A stretch of 64,000 nt of DNA from an uncultured Acidobacteriota bacterium (lineage in GTDB: Bacteria; Acidobacteriota; Terriglobia; UBA7540): assembly GCA_963804995.1 (NCBI GenBank), contig CAWDSK010000002.1, positions 608,001-672,000 on the forward strand, written 5' to 3'. Positions 39,812 through 49,357 of this stretch are shown here, one piece after another (the stretch's first letter is position 1; every line of letters starts with the position of its first letter). Both the position numbers and the translations under genes were made by a program. Under the pieces are notes generated by a model. That model worked only from the letters and a program-made list of their open reading frames with translations, was not told the DNA's origin and searched no databases.

Positions 39812-41536
39812 TCAGTACTTTCTCTCCATGGGCTGAAACTTGGTAATAGTCACGGGTTTAAACTTCAGCTCAACACCCTGGGGTGATTGATAGGCCAGCG
39901 TATGTTTCAGCCAGTTAACGTCGTCTCGCTTCGAGAAATCTTCCCGCGAGTGGCCACCGCGGCTTTCCTGGCGTGCCAGGGCGCTCTCCACCAGAACATC
40001 TGCCAAATCCAGCAGGCCACCGAGTTCGATCACCTCCAGCAACTCGGTGTTGTAACGCATGCCGCGATCCTCAGATTTCACATGCCGGTAGCGCTCACGC
40101 AACTCCCGCAACTTCTCGCGCAGGGCGGTAAGCCCCTGGGCGTCGCGGAATACGGAGGCTTTGTCCATCATTTCGTCCTGGAGCACGTCGCGAATGTCCG
40201 CCGCGCGTTCCTTGCCTGTGGAATTGAGCACCTGGCTCACCATGGCGCGGGAGCGTTCGTCAGCGTTGGCGGGAAGTGGAACCCAGTCATTCTCCTGAAT
40301 AAACTTACGCGCGTGCCGACCGCCGCGCCGGCCAAAGACCAGGATATCCACCAGTGAATTCGTCCCCAGGCGGTTCGCCCCATGCACGGATACGCAAGCG
40401 ACCTCGCCCGCGGCATAGAGTCCTGGCAGCGGTGTATTCTTTTCGTCGATCACCACCCGTCCGTCAACGTCGGTGGGAATCCCGCCCATGGCGTAGTGGG
40501 CGGTGGGTTGGACGGGAACGGGTTGGGTCAGCGGGTCGATGCCCAGATAGGTCCTGACAAATTCTGTAATGTCCGGGAGCTTCTTATCCAAAACCTCGCT
40601 TCCCAGGTGCGTCATGTCCAGGTGAACGTAATTCTTTCCGTCGATGCCGCGCCCCTCGCGGATTTCCCGATACATGGCGCGTGAGACCATGTCGCGCGGA
40701 GCGAGGTCGAGCAGGGTAGGCGCGTAGCGCTCCATAAAGCGCTCGTTGAGCTTGTTCCGCAGGATAGCGCCCTCGCCGCGCGCCGCTTCACTGAGCAGGA
40801 TGCCCATCTTGTAAATGCCCGTGGGGTGAAACTGGAAGAATTCCATATCCTCCAGCGGAATCCCGCGGCGATAGACCACCGCCATACCGTCGCCTGTCAG
40901 CGAGTGTGCGTTGGAGCTGACGCGAAACATCTTGCCGCAGCCACCTGTAGCGAAGAGGACTGCCTTGGCATGGAAGGTGTGAATCTCCCCCGTGGCCAGG
41001 CAGAGCGCCACCACCCCCGCGCACCGGCCATTCTCTACCAGCAGGTCAAGGACGTGATACTCGTTGTAGAAGTGGACGTTGTTCTTAATGCATTGCTGGT
41101 AGCAGGTTTGGAGAATCATGTGCCCGGTGCGGTCCGCGGCGTAACAAGCCCGGCGCACCGGAGCTTTGCCAAACTCCTTGGTGTGCCCGCCGAAGGGCCG
41201 CTGCGCGATCTTCCCTTCGGGTGTGCGGCTGAAAGGCAAGCCCCAGTGTTCGAGGTCATACACGGTCTCGATCGCTTCCCGGCAGAGGATTTCGACTGCG
41301 TCCTGGTCAGCCAGGTAGTCGCTGCCCTTGACCGTGTCGAACATGTGCCATTCCCAATGGTCTTCTTCCATATTGCCGAGTGCGGCGCCTATACCCCCCT
41401 GCGCCGTGCCTGTGTGCGACCGCGTGGGATAGAGTTTACTAAGCACCGCGACATTCCCCTGTCCGGCCAGTTGCAGCGCAGCCATCAGGCCGGCGCCCCC
41501 TGCTCCAACTACCACTGCGTCATAACGTTGGACCAT
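39812..41536 (-). CDS. sdhA: Succinate dehydrogenase flavoprotein subunit
   Basis: GAGGAG, RSHTGTAQGG, QFHPTG, HYAMGG and HGANRLG motifs. Confidence 0.97.
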   Translation of the reverse strand: MVQRYDAVVVGAGGAGLMAALQLAGQGNVAVLSKLYPTRSHTGTAQGGIGAALGNMEEDHWEWHMFDTVKGSDYLADQDAVEILCREAIETVYDLEHWGLPFSRTPEGKIAQRPFGGHTKEFGKAPVRRACYAADRTGHMILQTCYQQCIKNNVHFYNEYHVLDLLVENGRCAGVVALCLATGEIHTFHAKAVLFATGGCGKMFRVSSNAHSLTGDGMAVVYRRGIPLEDMEFFQFHPTGIYKMGILLSEAARGEGAILRNKLNERFMERYAPTLLDLAPRDMVSRAMYREIREGRGIDGKNYVHLDMTHLGSEVLDKKLPDITEFVRTYLGIDPLTQPVPVQPTAHYAMGGIPTDVDGRVVIDEKNTPLPGLYAAGEVACVSVHGANRLGTNSLVDILVFGRRGGRHARKFIQENDWVPLPANADERSRAMVSQVLNSTGKERAADIRDVLQDEMMDKASVFRDAQGLTALREKLRELRERYRHVKSEDRGMRYNTELLEVIELGGLLDLADVLVESALARQESRGGHSREDFSKRDDVNWLKHTLAYQSPQGVELKFKPVTITKFQPMERKY

Positions 41537-41638
41537 GTGATCAAGCCTCAGAATAATTTCAAGCGTGTTGTGGCTTCCCGTTTTTGGTGGCCTCTGGGAG
41601 AATCTGTCCCGGAAGCTTCCTGGTCCTCCCGTCGCCGC

Positions 41639-42019
41639 TCAAGGAGCTACGGGAGCCTGGAATGTCAGGATAGCGATTGATCCCAGCGCCAGGAGAACAA
41701 AACCGAGCAGGTAAAGAGAAGCCAGGGAAGCGGCCCGCCAGCCGCGCGGACTTATGTAATCCACCAGTACAGTCCGCACGCCATTCACGCCGTGGATCAT
41801 CGCCAGCCACAACATCACCAAGTCGTAAGTCCGCCAGAAGGGCGTGGCGTAACGTGCCGCCACAAATTGGAAGTCAATATTATCGACGTTATGGATAATG
41901 TGCATGATCAGGAGATGGCCCAGTGCCAGGAAAAGCAGGGCAAGGCCTGAGATCCGCATGAAGATCCAGGCGTAGAGCTCCAGCCCACTCTCCGGTCTCG
42001 GTTTTCCCGCTCCACTCAT
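41639..42019 (-). CDS. sdhD: Succinate dehydrogenase hydrophobic anchor subunit
   Basis: MRISG..LGH and IHGVNG..DY motifs; three TM segments. Confidence 0.88.
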   Translation of the reverse strand: MSGAGKPRPESGLELYAWIFMRISGLALLFLALGHLLIMHIIHNVDNIDFQFVAARYATPFWRTYDLVMLWLAMIHGVNGVRTVLVDYISPRGWRAASLASLYLLGFVLLALGSIAILTFQAPVAP

Positions 42020-42028
42020 TGCTCCCCC

Positions 42029-42403
42029 CTACTTCACAATGAAGCTCAACATGTAGATAGCTGTGGGAATGAAAAGGATTGTGAAGGTGATCCCCACCGC
42101 GTAGCTAAGTTTACGGTGGGAGGCCATAGTCTCCGGCCAGAAATCGATGATACAGATTCGAACGCCGTTGATGGCGTGATAGAGGACCGCTCCCACCAGA
42201 GCAACTTCGCCCACTCGAAACGGCGGGTAACGATAGAGAAAAAGCAGCTTGTTAAAGACCTTTGGCCCCCATCCAATCAAGGCAATGTCTACGATGTGGA
42301 TGAGCAGGAAAAGAAAGACCCCAATTCCTGTCAAGCGGTGGAGAATCCAGGACCAGTGTCCGGGCCCTCCCCGATACGTCAGATATTCCAGAGGTTTGAC
42401 CAT
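42029..42403 (-). CDS. sdhC: Succinate dehydrogenase cytochrome b556 subunit
   Basis: SWILHRLTG and YHAINGVR motifs. Confidence 0.9.
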   Translation of the reverse strand: MVKPLEYLTYRGGPGHWSWILHRLTGIGVFLFLLIHIVDIALIGWGPKVFNKLLFLYRYPPFRVGEVALVGAVLYHAINGVRICIIDFWPETMASHRKLSYAVGITFTILFIPTAIYMLSFIVK

Positions 42404-42567
42404 GCTTGTTCCATTCTCCTCTTCGCACTGCAGGCCCGGAATGGATGGGAATGCACAGTGCTAAATGCGTCTCGAAAGCCTGTGCCAATGGTTGCGCGCC
42501 CGCCCTGGGTCAATCCGCCATCCTACCGCAATCTTTCGACACAATGCAATCAAGTGAGCGCATTGGT

Positions 42568-42806
42568 GGTGGTGTCATTTGCTGTGGCACGGCCGACCTG
42601 CCCCGATGCATCGGGGTCTTGGCCGTGACGGGACACGGGCGGGAGAAGCTGTGAAAAAATCCTATCAAACCTTTCACCGCGGAGACGCGGAGGCGCTGAG
42701 GTTTGAAAACAAAGGGTCATTTCTCTGCGTCTCAGCGACTCAGCGGTGAAAATGGTATTTTTTCACACCTTCGGACGCCCGTGGCACCTCAAAATGAGTC
42801 ACTACC
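42568..42806. mobile_element. Composite nested REP/MITE, copy 2
   Basis: Inner element 42645-42772 with TIRs GAAGCTGTGAAAAAAT / ATTTTTTCACACCTTC flanked by duplicated GGA inside CACGGGCG-GGA-CGCCCGTG; outer end TCAAAATGAGTCACTACC. Confidence 0.82.
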
Positions 42807-42982
42807 AGCGCATGGGGAATTAGCTCCTGCCTTGTCGCCTTGTGTTTACCGATGAATCCGCAAAGGCAATCCGAAGTTCTGGGCGAGCAACCTCGTATAT
42901 GAAAACTATGCGGGAGCTTCGCCGGATGGGGAATCAAGAACACCCAACTGAAATTGGCCAGGCTGAGCCGCCATCCTGTTTC

Positions 42983-43121
42983 GTAGCGCGGTCCCCCGTT
43001 TTTGGGGTCCGCGGTTTTTCCTTTGAACATTCTGCAAATCCCGAACCCGGCTTCGCCACGACACAGTTGCCCAAATGGCACGGGAAGAACCGCGGACCTC
43101 AACGGCGGAGGTCCGCGCTAC
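42983..43121. repeat. GTAGCGCGG-family REP doublet
   Basis: GTAGCGCGGTCCCCCGTTTTTGGGGTCCGCGG ... CCGCGGACCTC..GAGGTCCGCGCTAC; left arm near-identical to 52961. Confidence 0.85.
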
Positions 43122-43469
43122 GCTGGCTCGACCACCCGTGCCCGTCCGATTTCTGGAGTCCTCCATGGGAGTCCGCAAACCGGGCCTCCCGAACCAAAAG
43201 AGGAATTCGCAAACGCACAAGGTTAAAACTCCGCGCGCACGAATGATTTCGGACAATTTGCCGCACCTCATTTACGGTTTGGGCTACCGGTAGCCCAAAC
43301 CCACACATTGCCTATTGACATAGGCCAGTCGGATGGGAGCACAATAGAGGTGAGGAAGCGTAGCGCCCCGATGCGTCCAGGCAGCCCATTCTACCCAAGA
43401 ACCACGGGCCCCAAAAATCGGGGGGTCTCCCATGCCCTACCGTGAATGCTTGTTTTTCCAGGCAAGCAT

Positions 43470-43666
43470 TTCTCTGTGCCCCTTGTGTCCCGAAGCGCTT
43501 TCACACAGAGGTCACGGAGACGCTTTGGGCGCTCTGTGTTAAAGCTTGCGAGGCACGGAGGACACGGAGAGTCTCGTTGTGGCGTGGGAGATGGAAACTG
43601 GTTTCCCCGCGATTATGTAGGGCCGGGGCTCGCCCCGGCCAAGGCCGACGCGAGCGTCGGCCCTAC
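43470..43666. repeat. CACAGAG/CACGGAG-type repeat plus GTAGGG..CCCTAC REP
   Basis: CTCTGTG..CACAGAGGTCACGGAG..GGCACGGAGGACACGGAG; GTAGGGCCGGGGC..GTCGGCCCTAC. Confidence 0.65.
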
Positions 43667-43860
43667 GTGAAATTCAGAACTTTTGCCAAAAAAATGAATT
43701 TAGGGTGTTGCGTCAGGGAGGACACGCAGAATTTCGTTGTGGCACGGGAGGCGTACCAACTTGATTGGCTATTGCACCTCGCGAAGTCCGGCGCGTCACG
43801 AACCTGCTGGTGAGGATCAAACGCTATGAGCGTCAGAGGGAAGCGTTAGAAAAAGCGCGG

Positions 43861-44257
43861 CTCTCCATGATGTGCAAGAAAAAAAGTGGGTTAGCCGTTG
43901 AGAGTAAGAATGTCTGAAATCTTTAACTCATTCAGATAGCGAGAGTTATGCTGAAATATCGGAGCCAAGGCGAAAAAACTGGACCGGCCCTCCATGATGT
44001 AATAGAAACAAAAGGGATTAGCCATGATCAGCAAAAATTGCGCAAAAATCTATATTATTGAAATTAAAATAGTTAGCTTGTCTTCGCTGGTCAGGGTCAA
44101 AGGAGGAAGGGGGGGATCAAAAAATGACGCTGACATTCTGTAAGTCACTGAAAACAAATGTAGAGGAAATGTCTGTTCTGCGCCTCTCCATGATGTTGAT
44201 GAAAACACGCTAGTTAAACCATTCTCTCCATTATGTTGGTGAAAAGAAAGGGAGTTG
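43861..44257 (+). repeat. AT-rich array of degenerate ~35-bp direct repeats
   Basis: CTCCATGATGT..GAAA..GTTA-like units at about 43863, 43990, 44050, 44187 and 44226. Confidence 0.6.
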
Positions 44258-44496
44258 TGCGCCGGGATAAACCGGCAGGAAGCAGAGGATGAAAAATCCT
44301 TACGAGGAAGGAGTAGCGAACCACTCGGCCCCGAGTTTTGCGCGGCGTGTCGCGAGGCATGTGGGGAAGCGCGGGACGCAAGGCCGAACTTCCTCAAGCC
44401 AATAGGCCGTGGCGGGGAGGACTCTGCCGCCGGCGTACCGGCGATGTTTTTTGACTCCCTGCCGTGGCTGTGTGAAGATAGCGCGGGAGTTTTTCC

Positions 44497-47247
44497 ATGG
44501 CGAACAACCGGCGTGCTCGAATCATTCTGGCTTTGATCTTGTTTTTCCTGATCTTTCTGCCGCTCTTGACGAACGGTGTGGACCTGCTGGTGGATTGGTT
44601 ATGGTTCAAGCAGGAAGGCTACCGCCTGATCTACCTGACCATCCTGCAAGCGCAGATTTCCCTAAGCGGCATCGCGGGTATGGGCTTCATTATAGCTGCA
44701 GGATTAAATCTCCTTCTGGCCCACATGTTGGCCAAAGGTTCGGGATATCGCGTCTACGGCGAATACATCGAGTTCCCGGCGCTCGATCGAATGAGTCTTG
44801 TCCTGCGCTGGCTGATCTGGGGGGGAGTGCTCTTCCTCGGTTACGTGATCAGCCAGTGGGGGATGGGTCATTGGCTGACCTATCTGCGCGCGAAGCAGGT
44901 GCCCGTGATGGGGCAGGCTGACCCGCTCTTCGGTATTGACCTGGGTTTCTATCTTTTTCAATTGCCCTACAACTGGTTTCTCTATCACCTCGCGTTGGTC
45001 ACCATCATCTGCTGCGCTCTGAGTGCCACATTCCTCTACCTGCTGGAAGGCGGCATTTGGGTAACGCAGCGCGGGCCAGTGGTGGGGCGCCCGGCGCGGG
45101 CGCACTTGATGGTGCTGGGAGGCATTCTCTTTCTCCTCATTGCTTACCGCATCCGCTTGGGCATGTATGATCTGCTCTACTCACCGCGCGGCGTGGTGTT
45201 CGGGGCAGGCTACACGGACGTGCACGCCACCCTGCCGGTTCTGAAACTGCTGCTCATTCTCTCCCTGATCACGGCCGGCACTTTCTTCCTCCGCGCCTGG
45301 AAGGGAAATTTCCGCACACCTCTCTACGCGATTGGAGCCCTAGTGGCGGTCGGGATCGTCGGCGGGTCATTCTATCCGGAAATCATTCAACGCTTTATCG
45401 TAGCTCCCAACGAGATCGACAAGGAGCGGCCCTATATCGCCAACTCCATCGAATTCACCCGGAACGCCTACGGGCTGAATCGCTTCGAGGAGCGGAGTTT
45501 TTCCGCCGTCGAAGACTTGTCGTTGGACGATATCCGCCAGAACGAAGCCACTTTCCGCAATGTGCGCCTGTGGGACCACAAGCCTTTGCTGACCACCTTT
45601 GCGCAGTTGCAGGAAATCCGCACCTACTATGATTTCGTGCACATCGACAACGACCGCTACTTGATCAACGGTGTCTACCGCCAAGTCTCGCTTTCACCGC
45701 GGGAACTAAATCCCGCGAGCCTGCCCGAGCGGAACTGGATCAATGAATATCTTTATTACACCCACGGATACGGCTTATGCCTGGGGCCGGTGAACGAATT
45801 CACCAGCGAAGGGCTGCCGGTGCTCTTTATCAAGGATCTTCCCCCCGCTTCCAGTGTTTCATTGAAGGTAACCCGGCCGGAAATTTACTATGGCGAGCAA
45901 GGCAGCGATTATTGTTTCGTCAAAACGCGAGCGCAGGAGTTCGATTACCCCCGTGGCGACAAGGATGTCTACACCAGCTACCAGGGCGCCGGGGGCATTC
46001 CCGTCGAGAGCTTCTGGCGGCGCTTGCTGTTCGCCCTGGCTTTTGGCGAGAAGAACATCCTGTTCTCGACCGACATCCAACCGGAAAGCCGCCTGATGAT
46101 TTATCGCCGCGTGCTGGATCGCGCGGAACGTTTGACGCCCTTTCTTCGGTACGACCACGACCCCTACATGGTCATCTCAGATGATGGGGCGCTTTACTGG
46201 ATTCTGGACGGTTATACGCTCTCCGGACGGTATCCCTACTCGCAACCTGCCCCCAATGGGGAGAATTACATCCGCAACTCCGTCAAGGCCACCATAAACG
46301 CCTATTCCGGCGAAGTGAGGTTCTATATCAGTGACCCGGAGGACCCCTTCATCCAAACCTACGCCCGCCTCTTCCCGGGAGTTTTCCATCCGCTCTCCGA
46401 AATGCCTAAGGACCTGCGCGCCCACATCCGCTACCCAGAGGAAATTTTTTCCATTCAGGCAAACATGTACGCCCTGTATCACATGACCGACCCCCGCGTG
46501 TTTTACAACAAGGAGGATTTGTGGCGCGTCGCCCAGAGCGCTGCCGGAGGTCCTGGCACGCCCATGACGCCCTATTACAACATCATGAAGCTCGCGGAAG
46601 TGGGCACGCGCGAGGAGTTCATCCTCATGGCGCCCTTTACGCCCGCGCGGAAGGACAACATGATTGCCTGGATGGCCGCGCGCTGTGACGATCCGAATTA
46701 CGGCAAGGTTCTGGTCTTTACGTTCCCCAAACAAAAGCTCATCTACGGTCCACAGCAAATTGAATCACGCATCGATCAGGACCCGGGAATCTCGCAACAA
46801 CTGACTCTGTGGGGACAGGGCGGCTCGAAAGTGATTCGTGGAACTCTGCTCGTGACCCCAGTGCTTAATTCTGTTCTCTATGTCGAACCGCTTTACCTGG
46901 CCGCCGAAGCCGGGGGCGGCCTGCCCCAACTGCAGCGCGTGCTGGTGGCCTATTCGGATCATGTGGTCATGGAAGCGACGCTCGACGCAGCCTTGACCAA
47001 GATCTTCGGCGGCACCGTGACCACAACGGAATCGCGGCCTGCCTCGACGCCCGGCCAGCCGGCGTCGAGCACAGCGCTGCCAGGCTCGAAGCCCACAGCA
47101 CCCGATACGCAGACGCTCATCCGCGAAGCTAATCAGCATTTCGAGCGTGCCCTGCAACTCCAGCGGCAGGGCGACTGGGCCGGATATGGAGATGAGGTTA
47201 AGAAACTTGGTGAAGCCCTGAAAAAACTGGCAGCACAGCAACACTGA
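44497..47247 (+). CDS. UPF0182 family membrane protein
   Basis: DWLWF, DLGFYLFQLP, GAGYTDVHA, NVRLWD, QEIRTYYDF, YTHGYG and NYIRNSVKA motifs. Confidence 0.95.
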   Translation: MANNRRARIILALILFFLIFLPLLTNGVDLLVDWLWFKQEGYRLIYLTILQAQISLSGIAGMGFIIAAGLNLLLAHMLAKGSGYRVYGEYIEFPALDRMSLVLRWLIWGGVLFLGYVISQWGMGHWLTYLRAKQVPVMGQADPLFGIDLGFYLFQLPYNWFLYHLALVTIICCALSATFLYLLEGGIWVTQRGPVVGRPARAHLMVLGGILFLLIAYRIRLGMYDLLYSPRGVVFGAGYTDVHATLPVLKLLLILSLITAGTFFLRAWKGNFRTPLYAIGALVAVGIVGGSFYPEIIQRFIVAPNEIDKERPYIANSIEFTRNAYGLNRFEERSFSAVEDLSLDDIRQNEATFRNVRLWDHKPLLTTFAQLQEIRTYYDFVHIDNDRYLINGVYRQVSLSPRELNPASLPERNWINEYLYYTHGYGLCLGPVNEFTSEGLPVLFIKDLPPASSVSLKVTRPEIYYGEQGSDYCFVKTRAQEFDYPRGDKDVYTSYQGAGGIPVESFWRRLLFALAFGEKNILFSTDIQPESRLMIYRRVLDRAERLTPFLRYDHDPYMVISDDGALYWILDGYTLSGRYPYSQPAPNGENYIRNSVKATINAYSGEVRFYISDPEDPFIQTYARLFPGVFHPLSEMPKDLRAHIRYPEEIFSIQANMYALYHMTDPRVFYNKEDLWRVAQSAAGGPGTPMTPYYNIMKLAEVGTREEFILMAPFTPARKDNMIAWMAARCDDPNYGKVLVFTFPKQKLIYGPQQIESRIDQDPGISQQLTLWGQGGSKVIRGTLLVTPVLNSVLYVEPLYLAAEAGGGLPQLQRVLVAYSDHVVMEATLDAALTKIFGGTVTTTESRPASTPGQPASSTALPGSKPTAPDTQTLIREANQHFERALQLQRQGDWAGYGDEVKKLGEALKKLAAQQH

Positions 47248-47269
47248 AGCTCGGCAGCGCGAAACCACG

Positions 47270-47788
47270 ATGAGAAAAGTCCTGGCCATTCCCCTGGAGG
47301 AAGTCCTTGAGCATTTCACGCAGAACGCTCGCCAGGATGTGAAAATCGTGGCGCCGGAAATCCTGGCCGTTGAGTTGATCGCCAGGCTGAGAGCCGCGGG
47401 CAAACTGCTGAAACCGGAGCAACCGGTGGAGGGCGTCGAATGGCAGCACTCAGCGAGCGACTCCCCGAATAAGCTGTGTGAATCTCGCGATTTTGCCACC
47501 AGGCTTGCCGAGGAGACGGCAGGCCCCTTCGCCCTCTGCTTCGCCAATGAAAAGGGCCCGCAAGACGCCCACTATCACCCGCATCATATCGAAATCTATT
47601 TCTCCGAGCATCCGCTGGAAGCAGAATACCGCAGCGATGCGGACACGCGCATTGAACGCGTGAGGCTTGAGCAGGGTGGAGTGCTTGTTTTCGCAGCAGG
47701 TGTCGTGCACCGCGCCCGCTTGGGTGGCCTGACGGTCGTCATTGAAATCCCCGCAGTTGCCAATGACAAGGTCGTCGCGGATCTCTGA
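47270..47788 (+). CDS. Hypothetical protein with cupin-like His motifs
   Basis: HYHPHHIEIY ... GVVH; downstream of the UPF0182 gene. Confidence 0.55.
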   Translation: MRKVLAIPLEEVLEHFTQNARQDVKIVAPEILAVELIARLRAAGKLLKPEQPVEGVEWQHSASDSPNKLCESRDFATRLAEETAGPFALCFANEKGPQDAHYHPHHIEIYFSEHPLEAEYRSDADTRIERVRLEQGGVLVFAAGVVHRARLGGLTVVIEIPAVANDKVVADL

Positions 47789-47827
47789 GAGGGAGCCAAC
47801 CGGGTGAAGGCCACTCGTGCCTTCTGG

Positions 47828-48355
47828 CTATTGTCTTCCGGGCAGGGTGCAGGACTGGCGAGCGCCTGCGGGATCAATGGCATCGGAGCCTTCGTCAATG
47901 TGGCGGATAATGCCGTCCCTGTCGATCACGAAGGTGACCCGGTTGGCGAAGAGGCGGGTGAAATTGAGGACTCCGTAGGCCTTGGCCACCTTCTTGTCGG
48001 TGTCGCTCAGCAGAGGAAATTTCGCGCCCGTTTCCTCGGCGAATTTGCGGTTTCTTTCCTGGCTGTCGAGGCTGATCCCTAACACCTGGGCGCCGGCAGA
48101 TTCGAACTTGGCGATATCAGCCTGATACGCCTTAATCTCTTTGGTTCAACCCGGCGTTGAAGCTCGTATGTAAAACGCCAGAACGACACTCTTCTTTCCC
48201 CGAAAATCCTCGAGCTTGACGAGCTTGCCGTTTTGGTCGGGCAACGTAAAGTCCGGGGCGCGATCGCCAACCTTCAGAGTCGCAGCCGGGGCAAATAGTG
48301 GCATGAGGATTACGCTCACCCAGAAAATCATCGCGCTTTGTGCCGGACAAACCAC
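47828..48355 (-). CDS. Selenocysteine-containing peroxiredoxin (BCP/AhpC-TSA type), TPGU, paralog 2
   Basis: ...[12 protein letters not shown](48146-48148)[28 protein letters not shown]... in one frame; start codon uncertain. Confidence 0.88.
48110..48131 (-). promoter_or_regulatory. SECIS-like hairpin
   Basis: GGCGUAUC-AGGCU-GAUA(U)CGCC starting 15 nt after the UGA. Confidence 0.8.
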
Positions 48356-48442
48356 GCGAGGATTAAGGCGGGGGCACTCGGTATGTCGCCACCCGCCTCT
48401 TGCTCCTTCACGGCCTTCTAACTTGTGGGTTCTGGTTTCTGC

Positions 48443-48976
48443 CTACTGCTTCTTGTGCTCGAGCAAACTACAGGCAGCGCCGGCGCCGCTCGGGTCAAGG
48501 GCTTCCTTGCCCATCTCAATATGCTGAATCACGCCGGTCTTGTCCACAACGAATGTGGCACGGTTGGCAAAACCATGTTCTTCGTTCAGAATTCCGTATT
48601 CTTTTGAAACTGTCCTTTGGAAATCGCTGAGGAGCGGAAATTTGATGTCCTCTTGCTTGGCGAAGGCACGGTTCGCAGGAGAGCTATCTACACTGATTCC
48701 CAACACCGCAGTTCCTGTCTTCTCGAATTTGGCGATATCAGCCTGATACGCCTTGAGCTCCTTTGTTCAACCGCCCGTGAAGGCGAGGACATAAAACGCC
48801 AACACTACGTTCTTCTTCCCCAGAAATTGATTGAGTGAAATCTTGTCGCCGTTCTGATCGGGTAGAGTAAAGTCCGGTGCCTTGTCGCCGACCTTCAACG
48901 CCCCAGTCTGCGCCGCGAGCGTGCTTGCCAGAGCCAGCAACGCCGCGCCCACCATTACGCGAAGTCGGGTCTGCAT
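48443..48976 (-). CDS. Selenocysteine-containing peroxiredoxin, TGGU, with signal peptide, paralog 1 (177 aa, U70)
   Basis: [31 protein letters not shown] signal; ...[12 protein letters not shown](48767-48769)[28 protein letters not shown]... Confidence 0.9.
48731..48752 (-). promoter_or_regulatory. SECIS-like hairpin, identical to that in the paralog
   Basis: GGCGTATCAGGCTGATATCGCC, same offset from UGA as in paralog 2. Confidence 0.8.
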
Positions 48977-49279
48977 GGAGTAGCCTCCTTCTGAAGATGT
49001 CCTGGTCCAAAGCCCGAGCGGGATTATACGCCCAATGCGATGTTGCGAGAAGCCGTTTGACGACCTTGTGCGGCTCAAGATGGGGAGGCCGAGTCACTCT
49101 GTTCTTAAGGATCTGGAATGACGGGAAGAAATGAATGGGGGCGGGCTGGCTTGCCTTGGGAATCACTTGACAAGACCCCATGTCCCTATAAATAGACCTA
49201 ACACCCAAGAAAAGAGGCTGTGCCTCAATGAATGGCCTCGTACCACTATAAGTTATTGAAAAAAGGCATAAAATAATAC

Positions 49280-49308
49280 TTGACAGCATTACGCTCATAT
49301 TTTATTAT
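49280..49308 (+). promoter_or_regulatory. Sigma-70-type promoter of hsp20
   Basis: TTGACA-17 bp-TATTAT with an AT-rich upstream tract. Confidence 0.75.
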
Positions 49309-49357
49309 GCTAATGTATATAGGATATAGCAAGACCAACTTACGGAGGTATACGACC

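Noticed and set aside
42842..43813. Short ORFs in the sdhC-UPF0182 intergenic region
   Set aside because: They translate through palindromic repeats and lack SD sites or protein motifs.
43861..44257. Possible CRISPR array
   Set aside because: Repeats are highly degenerate and irregularly spaced, and no cas genes are in the window.
4737..48769. Genome-wide UGA reassignment to Trp or Gly
   Set aside because: Many genes terminate normally at TGA (trpS, clpB, moaA, nadA) and Trp is encoded by TGG; read-through TGAs occur only at catalytic Cys positions.
49283..49313. CIRCE (HrcA operator) upstream of hsp20
   Set aside because: AGCAT..ATGCT arms only partly match TTAGCACTC/GAGTGCTAA, and the spacer is 13 nt rather than 9.
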